Below, in pieces: positions 1 through 7,978 of a DNA stretch of 64,000 bases; the first letter of the stretch is position 1, and each line of letters begins with the position of its first letter. The position numbers were made by a program, and so were the translations under genes. The notes under the pieces were generated by a model that saw only the letters and a program-made list of their open reading frames with translations, did not search any database and had not been told where the DNA came from. Source of the stretch: Thermoplasmatales archaeon (GTDB lineage Archaea; Thermoplasmatota; Thermoplasmata; Thermoplasmatales; Thermoplasmataceae); NCBI GenBank assembly GCA_027310185.1, contig DAIDBH010000006.1, positions 96,001-160,000 of the forward strand, read 5' to 3'.

Positions 1-918
1 AGCCATAAGTGCTATTCCATGTCCAGTCTTGAATTCAAGGAATATGAGTATCGAGCCCATAACCAGGAAAACCAGACCTACCACTGACGCATCGATCAAC
101 TGTGAGCCAAGGAATCCCAAAATTATCAAACCTAGACCGAGTAATGTCATAAAAATTGTTCGGTGGTATAAATCCAGTAATATGGCAAGGGAACCAAATG
201 ATATCAGAAGACCGTCAACTGTAGCATTGCTTATGAAACTGACAAACTGATCAAAATAGGATTCAGAAACCGTGTCCTGATGGTATCCAGCCATGTCTAT
301 TCTTGCCAGAAAGTTGCTGAAGCTTGTGGTGTTTCCATTAACGAGTCCATTATTTGAAGCGCCTGAATAGGAGTATGTTTCCCCACTGGTAACCATGAGA
401 GAGGCTGCAGTTACGTTATGATTATGCTCCTGTGCAAGGCTGATCATCAATGCCTGGAAATCAGATGCATCTTCCGAGGGGGTTGCAGGTCCTATTACCG
501 AACCTCTGGCCATCCATACCTGGGTGGATGCCATTGCTATGTATGCACCGGCATAAGCACCAAAACCATTTGTCGAAATATAAGTGAAAACAGGAATTCC
601 GATTGATTCGGTGTGATTTATGTCATCTATTATGGTTAGCATGCTATCTATGAGGCCACCCTGGGTATTCATTTCAATAACAACACCTGCAGTGTTTGTG
701 CTGTTCAACCCGCTTAATGCACTATTGAACATGTCAACTGCCCCAGGATCTACTGAATAATCAAAATTTATTATTACCAGATTTTTTCCAGAACTGTTTT
801 GCATATATGTAACATTTTTTTGAGTATTATGATTAACTGAATTTGCTGGTAACAATGAAGCAACCAGAATTAAAATAACTAAGATCGCCAGAACTAGTGG
901 GATCTTTGATTTATCCAT
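1..918 (-). CDS. NfeD-family membrane protein with ClpP-class domain, 3' part runs off the window
   Basis: Not in the ORF track. Manual translation from ATG at 918: MDKSKIPLVLAILVILILVA (signal/TM)...VDPGA...VVIEMNTQGGLIDSM...GIPVFTYI...GAYAGAYIAMA...IGPATP, followed by several TM helices. The frame is open to position 1. Confidence 0.85.
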   Translation of the reverse strand, partial: MDKSKIPLVLAILVILILVASLLPANSVNHNTQKNVTYMQNSSGKNLVIINFDYSVDPGAVDMFNSALSGLNSTNTAGVVIEMNTQGGLIDSMLTIIDDINHTESIGIPVFTYISTNGFGAYAGAYIAMASTQVWMARGSVIGPATPSEDASDFQALMISLAQEHNHNVTAASLMVTSGETYSYSGASNNGLVNGNTTSFSNFLARIDMAGYHQDTVSESYFDQFVSFISNATVDGLLISFGSLAILLDLYHRTIFMTLLGLGLIILGFLGSQLIDASVVGLVFLVMGSILIFLEFKTGHGIALMA

Positions 919-1319
919 ATACAACAATTTCATACCCATATTTAGTATTATTTACATTAACACTGGCACCAGTGGTCAGGGAAATATTCACCCAATGGTT
1001 TTCAAAAATTGTACTGACCCAGCAATGAATCAACTGAAAATGTACTGATGTGATCGACAAAAGAATGAAAAATTAGTGCTTCCTTAATGCAACTAAATTG
1101 CTCCTTCCTTGCCTTAGATATATAGATTTAAAAGCGATCAGGATGAAAGGTATATTGGAGCGTTAAAGTGTATAATCCGAAAAGAAAAACTCCCTTTGCT
1201 GCAAGAAATTCATTGATGGGATTAGTGATCTGCATATCATACGTCAATTTAGTCCTAGTTTCTAAATTGAAGGAGATAATATTAGAAAAAGTTTTTAGAA
1301 ACTTCAAAATGCGTGAGTA

Positions 1320-2603
1320 ATGAAAACTGTTTTCGTTAAGGATGTGGATAAACTAACTTCTGGTGAGGATATAACTCTGATGGGATGGGCTCAGGAAATA
1401 AGAGTGATGAAGAATATAGGTTTCATAGTACTGAGGGACAGTAGTGGAGTTATTCAGGCCACATTCAAGAAGGAAAATAAGCATTTTGCAGATCTGGAGA
1501 ATATAACAAGAGAAAGCGTTGTTTCAATCACAGGTAAAATCCCAGAAAAGATATTGAGCAAACTTGGAAGGGAGATTGTTGTTGACTCGCTTGAAATTCT
1601 CAATAAGGCTGAAGTTCCACTTCCAGTTGGAATTGTAGATGAAGTTGAGGTTGATTTTGATACAAGATTTAACAATAGATTCATGGACCTGAGGAAACCC
1701 GAACATCACAGGATATTCACCATAAAATCCTCACTGCTATGGGGAATAAGAAATTATCTGATGAATAAGGGATTTACTGAGGTACAGACTCCAAAGACAG
1801 TTTCCGCTGCTACTGAAGGAGGTGCAGAGCTATTTGGAGTGAAATACTTCGAGAAGGATATATTCCTTAACCAGAGTCCTCAATTGTACAAGGAGATGCT
1901 AATCGCATCTGGAATTGAAAAGGTGTTTGAGGTTGGCCCCGCATTCAGGGCTGAGGAACACAACACTCCGAGACACCTGAATGAATTTACATCCATTGAT
2001 ATAGAAATGGCATTCTCCGATCATGAGGATGCAATGAAGATGCTTGAAGAATCCATTTCAGCTGGTGTTGAGAATTTCCTGAATACCGTTCCAGAGGCAA
2101 GGGAAGTATCACTGGTAAAGGAAAAGCCTGTTACACCCTTCCCCAGGATTACATACAGTGAATGTGTCGATATCCTTAGAAAAGAGGGCTTTGATCAGAA
2201 GGATGGAGAAGATCTGAATAATGAAGGTCTGAAGATTATAGGTAAGAGGTTTGAAAATTTCTATTTCATAGTAAACTGGCCAACCACAGTTAGACCTTTT
2301 TACACAGCTACCCTTGACAGCAACAGGAACTTCACGAAATCATATGATCTCCAGTTCAAGGAAATAGAACTCACATCTGGAGCGCAAAGAGTCCATAATC
2401 CCGACGAATTAAAGAGCAGGATAGAAGAAAAAGGGCTGAATTCGGAGAATTTTGAATTCTATCTAAAAACATTCAGATATGGCATGCCTCCACACGCAGG
2501 ATGGGGTCTGGGACTGGAAAGACTGACCCAGGTTATCCTCGGGTTGAATAATATAAGGGAAGCTTCCCTATTTCCTAGAGATAGAACGAGAGTTTTTCCC
2601 TGA
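1320..2603 (+). CDS. aspS: Aspartate--tRNA ligase, archaeal type (probably discriminating)
   Basis: OB-fold (GWAQEIR..LRD), [49 protein letters not shown]. Gln/Lys at the anticodon-domain positions match the discriminating type. Confidence 0.95.
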   Translation: MKTVFVKDVDKLTSGEDITLMGWAQEIRVMKNIGFIVLRDSSGVIQATFKKENKHFADLENITRESVVSITGKIPEKILSKLGREIVVDSLEILNKAEVPLPVGIVDEVEVDFDTRFNNRFMDLRKPEHHRIFTIKSSLLWGIRNYLMNKGFTEVQTPKTVSAATEGGAELFGVKYFEKDIFLNQSPQLYKEMLIASGIEKVFEVGPAFRAEEHNTPRHLNEFTSIDIEMAFSDHEDAMKMLEESISAGVENFLNTVPEAREVSLVKEKPVTPFPRITYSECVDILRKEGFDQKDGEDLNNEGLKIIGKRFENFYFIVNWPTTVRPFYTATLDSNRNFTKSYDLQFKEIELTSGAQRVHNPDELKSRIEEKGLNSENFEFYLKTFRYGMPPHAGWGLGLERLTQVILGLNNIREASLFPRDRTRVFP

Positions 2604-2705
2604 TCCTTTCTTCTTTCTTTCTTCTCCAAAAACAAGTCTATCCATTTCTTCGGTGTCAGCCGCTTCCAATTCATCAAGGTCATGTAGAATTTTCTTTTTA
2701 TCCAT
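2568..2705 (-). CDS. Putative 45-aa small charged protein
   Basis: ATG 2705 to TAG 2568: [47 protein letters not shown]-rich TATA-like stretch about 20-30 nt upstream. Confidence 0.4.
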   Translation of the reverse strand: MDKKKILHDLDELEAADTEEMDRLVFGEERKKKGSGKNSRSISRK

Positions 2706-2815
2706 CGATAAGACCTAATATTATTAATAAAAACGGGAATAAAAATTTTATCATCAAGTTTTGAACGTTTATATACCCCTGAATAAGAATTTATAATTTT
2801 GAGCTATGAGCACAT

Positions 2816-3775
2816 ATGGAAATACGGGAAATAGGAGTCGTGGGTGCAGGAACAATGGGATCATCCATTGCATATCTGATGGCATTAAATGGGCATATGG
2901 TTCAACTTGTAGATATAAATGATGAGATGTTGAACAGAGGAAAGGCAAATATAGAAAAGATCATGCAATCACAGTTGAAATTCAGCAACAGCAGACCAGA
3001 AAAAGAGATTGAAAAAATAGAAAGACTTGGAGTCAAGCTAACTGATGAGCAGAGGGAAGCGATCAGGAAAACGCTTAAGCCATCTTACACAGATAAAGTT
3101 GTTACTGATATTACCAAAAGAATTCATTTTTCCTTAGACTACAATGAAATGTCACAATGCCAGCTTGTAGTAGAGGCAGCTTTCGAGAATATTGATGTCA
3201 AGAAGAGCTTGATACAGAGGCTGAGCACTATCCTGGATAAAGAGGCAATTCTTTCGTCAAATTCCTCGTCATTGAGTGTTACCCAGATGTCAAAGTTCTA
3301 CAAATACTCTGAAAGATTCATACTTACACATTTCTTCAATCCACCCTACACACTTCCACTTGTTGAAGTTGTTAGGTCAATGGAGACTTCAGGTGAAACC
3401 TTTGAGCAAACCATGAATTTTTTCAAAAGTCTATCAAATCACAGAGGTCAAATGAAACCAATATCTGTGAAGGAAGTACCTGGATTTTTGGTTAACAGGA
3501 TTCTCGTGCCTATGATTAATGAGGCATTCTTCATGCTGGACGAGGGTGTAGCATCTGCAGGCGACATAGATTCTGCTATGAAATATGGGGCAGGTATGCC
3601 CATGGGTCCACTGGAACTAGCAGATATGGTTGGGATAGATGTTACTTACGATGTAATGAAAATTCTTTATGATGAATATGCAGATCCGAAGTTCAGACCG
3701 TCCAATCTTTTGAAAATGTATAAAAATGCAGGAAAACTTGGTAGAAAGACTGGAAAAGGGGTTTATAGTTATTGA
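2816..3775 (+). CDS. 3-hydroxyacyl-CoA (3-hydroxybutyryl-CoA) dehydrogenase
   Basis: GAGTMG Rossmann motif, VEAAFEN, SNSSSL, HFFNP, PGFLVNRIL, PMGPLELADMVGID, GRKTGKG. Confidence 0.93.
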   Translation: MEIREIGVVGAGTMGSSIAYLMALNGHMVQLVDINDEMLNRGKANIEKIMQSQLKFSNSRPEKEIEKIERLGVKLTDEQREAIRKTLKPSYTDKVVTDITKRIHFSLDYNEMSQCQLVVEAAFENIDVKKSLIQRLSTILDKEAILSSNSSSLSVTQMSKFYKYSERFILTHFFNPPYTLPLVEVVRSMETSGETFEQTMNFFKSLSNHRGQMKPISVKEVPGFLVNRILVPMINEAFFMLDEGVASAGDIDSAMKYGAGMPMGPLELADMVGIDVTYDVMKILYDEYADPKFRPSNLLKMYKNAGKLGRKTGKGVYSY

Positions 3776-4050
3776 ACTGGAAATCTTCCTCTTTCTCTCG
3801 TTATGATGAAGGTTCCAGGTGTTATTTCATACTTTGATCTGGATGTTCTGAGTATTGTCACGAATGCAGTCTTTATATTTCTATCATGTAAAAACCTGTT
3901 AATTGATTTAATCATGGTCCTGTTTAATTCCAGCATTTCGAATCTTTCCATATTTCTGTCGAAAATGTGGACAGGCAAGAGTTTTCTATCTTCCTGGAAC
4001 AATGACATTTCAAATTCCACGGTAAAACATTCCCCTATCTCAATTCTCAT
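3769..4050 (-). CDS. Hypothetical protein (93 aa)
   Basis: Only sensible ORF in the gap; ATG start with TTTAAATAT TATA-like element upstream; no motif recognised. Confidence 0.55.
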   Translation of the reverse strand: MRIEIGECFTVEFEMSLFQEDRKLLPVHIFDRNMERFEMLELNRTMIKSINRFLHDRNIKTAFVTILRTSRSKYEITPGTFIITRERGRFPVQ

Positions 4051-4567
4051 TTTTTACACTTAAGACTTTAACTCTAAAGAGATATTTAAATTTAGCGATT
4101 TATTCTCAAACAATTATTAAGGTAGAAGGAGAATGTAAAACGTTAAATATTATGAGTTCCATTGTAATTCTAGATATATAGCTTTCTACAGATTTTAAAT
4201 TGTTATTGACATGATATATCATGATTTATTGTGTATGGAAAAGTTTAGAAAAGTCATTTTTTACAACAAATTTGTGAGGATTTTATCACTTCGTCTGAAG
4301 TATAATTCAATTGCAATTGTTTCAGTGTGAAAGAGCGTATAAAACGTTATGATGTTATTAAAGTGGTAATAAGTGAGATATTGGGAGAAAATAATAAGGT
4401 ATTCAGTCAAACTTGATCAAGTAAGGGTTGATTATGAATTTGTATGATCTTCTTAAAAACTCTATGAACTCTTGAAGATAAAATAGATTGCTTTGCGTAA
4501 TCTTTTCTGCATAACTGGAAGTTCATTTTTCAAAATTCATATATACATTGTGAATATCCTGAAGAGA

Positions 4568-4640
4568 GGGCTCGTAGTCTAGTGGTTATGATACCGCCCT
4601 TACAAGGCGGTGGTCACCGGTTCAAATCCGGTCGGGCCCA
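4568..4640 (+). tRNA. tRNA-Val(TAC)
   Basis: Acceptor GGGCTCG/CGGGCCC-A, anticodon arm CCGCC-CTTACAA-GGCGG, T arm ACCGG-TTCAAAT-CCGGT. Confidence 0.97.
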
Positions 4641-4779
4641 TAAATACAATATATTAAGTGTAAATATATCTCTCAAAACTTAAAACTTTGTTCTCAAATT
4701 GCATTTTTGATGGAAAATCTAATAACGGGAATCCAACATCCAAAACAATGTTTCTTAAAGACACAACAATGTATATAGT

Positions 4780-5031
4780 ATGGATCAGGAAGTCCAGATA
4801 GACATTAAGGATGTGAGACTCGTTGTTGAAGAACACCTTAAGGATTTGGGTATAGACGGACCAGCTAGGATTGCCTCTGCAAAATTCTATCAGGGCTATT
4901 GGAGTGTTATTGTTGTCTATTCAAGAGAAATAGAAGTTGGGGATAAAAAGCAAAAGGCAGGAATTATAGCCTCATTGGTAATAAATGATTCTACCAGAAA
5001 GGTTGAGTCATTCAAAGAGAACCTGACATAA
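4780..5031 (+). CDS. Hypothetical 83-aa protein, PepSY-like pattern
   Basis: Helix followed by beta strands (YWSVIV...SLVINDSTRKV), resembling the PepSY 'YxV...IDAxTGxV' pattern. The fold call is an inference. Confidence 0.65.
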   Translation: MDQEVQIDIKDVRLVVEEHLKDLGIDGPARIASAKFYQGYWSVIVVYSREIEVGDKKQKAGIIASLVINDSTRKVESFKENLT

Positions 5032-5045
5032 GGACACTCTTTCAC

Positions 5046-5405
5046 ATGGGATTGATCATCGAACAGATTGAAGTAAAGGGCACAAGCAAGAGTGCCAAAT
5101 TCTCCGCATTGATAGATTCCGAAAATGAAGGTAACTACATAAATGCTGTATTACCCAGTGGAATTAGACCGGAACAACTTGGGTTTATGTCTTACAGTGA
5201 AATTCCTGTTTCTATACCAGGGTCATCGTCCAAGGAATTACATGGTTCGTTGACATTCGAGTATCTAAAACTGAATGGGATTATAGTTTCTGAACCGGAA
5301 TTCATAATTCTCGAAAATATGGATTTTCCAGCCATAATTGGAGTGGAAATGCTTCAAATGATTGGACTGAAACTGGACTTCAGAACTGATACTATGAGGA
5401 TCTGA
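5046..5405 (+). CDS. Retropepsin-like (clan AA) aspartic protease family protein
   Basis: ALIDSE-EGNYI (ALIDTG-like) near the N-terminus and PAIIGVEML near the C-terminus; single-lobe size. Confidence 0.75.
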   Translation: MGLIIEQIEVKGTSKSAKFSALIDSENEGNYINAVLPSGIRPEQLGFMSYSEIPVSIPGSSSKELHGSLTFEYLKLNGIIVSEPEFIILENMDFPAIIGVEMLQMIGLKLDFRTDTMRI

Positions 5406-5716
5406 ATATCCCGTCATTCTTAAGAACAAGAAGAAAAGGATGTTCAGTTTCATTGTCACAAATCTTAGTAAAAGTAAGGTTTGCCATAAATAGAGATATA
5501 TAGGTAACCCAATATATCTAGAAAGGTGCCGGATAAATTATCTAACCACGCAGTTGAAAATCCTGAGGGACTCTGGACGGATTTTGGAACACTCATATCA
5601 AAATTAATGAAGATTTCAAGATTGAATTCTAAAATGGCACAACTTACATAATTGCTTGACGTAGGTTTGGATGCCGTGCATAACTATTAAAATAATGTTT
5701 ATGATTAGTAAATACG

Positions 5717-6964
5717 ATGCAAAAGCAAAGAAAAATAATCGACAAATTTACTGCCGTAAGAAATAAAACAGTTTCTCTTATAGATCCTTTAACCGTGGAA
5801 GATATGGTAATTCAGGTTGGGAACGATGTTAGTCCCGTAAGATGGCATCTGGCCCACACCACATGGTTTTTTGAAAAATTTATACTGGCATCGTTTGACA
5901 ATAATTATAAAAAATTTAATGAAAAATATGATTATCTTTTCAACTCATACTACGAAACGGTAGGTTCATTTTTCCCTAAAAATTTGAGAGGTACCCTGTC
6001 AAGACCAGGCGTTGATGAGATACTAAGATACAGGAAATATGTTAATGAGAACATAGTCCGGAATGAATCTATAATTGAAAATCCTGATGTATATTCATTA
6101 ATGGAACTGGGGATTAACCATGAACAGCAGCACCAGGAACTTATGTTGATGGATATAAAGTTTAACTTTTTCAATAATCCCATTTTACCAGCGTATAAAG
6201 AAATAAGGGAATTTCCGAAATACCATTCAAGGCCCATGAAATTTAAGAGTATAAAGGGTGGAGAATACGAAATTGGAAATTCAGGAAATGAATTTAAGTT
6301 CGATAATGAATATCCAGAGCACAGAATATATTTAGAAAATTTTGAGATAGGAGACCGTCCCGTAACTAACGGAGAATACCTGGAATTTATTAATGCTGGA
6401 GGATATGAAAATCCAAAATTATGGTTATCAGAAGGATGGTCGTGGATCCATAAAGAAAACATAAGGTCGCCACTTTACTGGATAAGAGATGGTGATTCAT
6501 ATAACCAGTTCAACCTTAATGGTACCTATGCTCTAGATCCGGAAGAGCCTGTATCACATTTGAGTTATTACGAGGCGGACGCATATGCCACATGGGCTGG
6601 CAGAAGATTACCCACGGAGGAGGAGTGGGAAGTTGCTTTCAAGAATGAGCCAATAACAGAAAGGGAGAACTTCATGGACAACGATTTCTTTAGACCACTT
6701 CCACCTTCTTCCAGAACAGCAACGCAGGCGATGGGAGACCTGTGGGAATGGACAAGAAGTGCTTATTTACCTTATCCCAGAAGTAAACCACTTGAAGGCT
6801 CCGTTGGAGAATACAATCATAAATTTATGTCCGGTCAGATGGTTCTGAGAGGTGGTTCATGCGTGACCCCGAGAGATCACATAAGGCACACATACAGGAA
6901 TTTCTTTGCTCCAGATAGAAGATGGATGTTCAGTGGACTAAGGCTGGCAGGCGATGTGAAATGA
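5717..6964 (+). CDS. egtB: Ergothioneine biosynthesis sulfoxide synthase EgtB (type II-like)
   Basis: DinB-like domain RWHLAHTTWFFE, FNSYY, HEQQHQEL iron-binding His set; FGE-like domain FDNEYP, VTNGEY, RLPTEEEWE, GDLWEWT, EYNHKFM..VLRGGS. Confidence 0.93.
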   Translation: MQKQRKIIDKFTAVRNKTVSLIDPLTVEDMVIQVGNDVSPVRWHLAHTTWFFEKFILASFDNNYKKFNEKYDYLFNSYYETVGSFFPKNLRGTLSRPGVDEILRYRKYVNENIVRNESIIENPDVYSLMELGINHEQQHQELMLMDIKFNFFNNPILPAYKEIREFPKYHSRPMKFKSIKGGEYEIGNSGNEFKFDNEYPEHRIYLENFEIGDRPVTNGEYLEFINAGGYENPKLWLSEGWSWIHKENIRSPLYWIRDGDSYNQFNLNGTYALDPEEPVSHLSYYEADAYATWAGRRLPTEEEWEVAFKNEPITERENFMDNDFFRPLPPSSRTATQAMGDLWEWTRSAYLPYPRSKPLEGSVGEYNHKFMSGQMVLRGGSCVTPRDHIRHTYRNFFAPDRRWMFSGLRLAGDVK

Positions 6965-7923
6965 GTGAAATAAAAATTATTGACATGAAACCAGAAACAG
7001 GAGAATTTAAAAAAGAGATAATAAGTGGCCTGAAAAAGACTCCAAAGGAAATAAACCCCAAATTCTTTTATGATGAAAAGGGTTCAATGCTTTTTGAACG
7101 AATAACAGAGACCGAAGAATATTATCCAACAAGAACAGAGAGAGAAATCCTTGAGAATAATATAGAAGAGATATGCACATACTTTAAAGATGGAAGCGCA
7201 CTCTTTGAGTACGGAAGTGGAGGATCAAAGAAGACACAGATTATATTGGATCACTGCAAGCAGATAAAGGCATATGTTCCAATGGATATTTCCATTTCGG
7301 CCCTCCAATACTCATCACAACACGTTGCAGCATTATATCCATCCCTGAATGTAATACCCATATGTGTGGATTACACAAGACCCTTCGAAATTCCTTTTCT
7401 CGATCTTGAGGGAAATATTATTGCTATTTTTCTTGGCTCAAGCATAGGGAATTTTGAACCTGAAACCACTTCAAGATTCCTAAGGACTTGTACTGAAATG
7501 CTGGGATCTGAAGATCGAATACTAATAGGTGTAGATCTTAAGAAGGATAAAACGGTTCTGGAGAGAGCATATAATGACAGTGAAGGGATAACTGCAGAAT
7601 TCAACTTAAATCTAATTGACCGAATCAATAGAGAATTTGAATTGAATCTAAATAAATCTGATTTCAAGCATATAGCCTTTTACAATGAGGATAATGGAAG
7701 GATTGAGATGCACATTGAAGTAAGAAGAGATATGAATATAAATCTCGATGGAAATAATATTTATTTCAGGGAGGGAGAACTTATTCATACTGAAAATTCA
7801 TACAAATATGATGTGAATGAATTTAACAATCTTGCAAAAAAGAATCATCTGGAAGTTGAGAAAATATGGATTGATCAGAGGAAATATTTTTCACTGTTTC
7901 TGATCGGAACGGAAATTAGATGA
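6961..7923 (+). CDS. egtD: L-histidine N-alpha-methyltransferase EgtD
   Basis: PKFFYDEKGS.LFE.IT..EYYPTRTE, EYGSG.S.KT, FLGSSIGNF, AYNDSEGITAEFNLN, GRIEMH, IHTENSYKY. ATG 6961 overlaps the egtB stop (ATGA), so it is preferred over 6922. Confidence 0.95.
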   Translation: MSEIKIIDMKPETGEFKKEIISGLKKTPKEINPKFFYDEKGSMLFERITETEEYYPTRTEREILENNIEEICTYFKDGSALFEYGSGGSKKTQIILDHCKQIKAYVPMDISISALQYSSQHVAALYPSLNVIPICVDYTRPFEIPFLDLEGNIIAIFLGSSIGNFEPETTSRFLRTCTEMLGSEDRILIGVDLKKDKTVLERAYNDSEGITAEFNLNLIDRINREFELNLNKSDFKHIAFYNEDNGRIEMHIEVRRDMNINLDGNNIYFREGELIHTENSYKYDVNEFNNLAKKNHLEVEKIWIDQRKYFSLFLIGTEIR

Positions 7924-7978
7924 TTTAAACACGTTTTATTCCTTACAAAGTCTATATAGAATGCAGAATTTTTGAATT

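Noticed and set aside
29-606. Two short plus-strand ORFs (73 and 62 aa)
   Set aside because: Antisense to the NfeD gene, which explains the region.
4235-4416. Two ~30-codon plus-strand ORFs before tRNA-Val
   Set aside because: Too short, with no motif or clear initiation signal.
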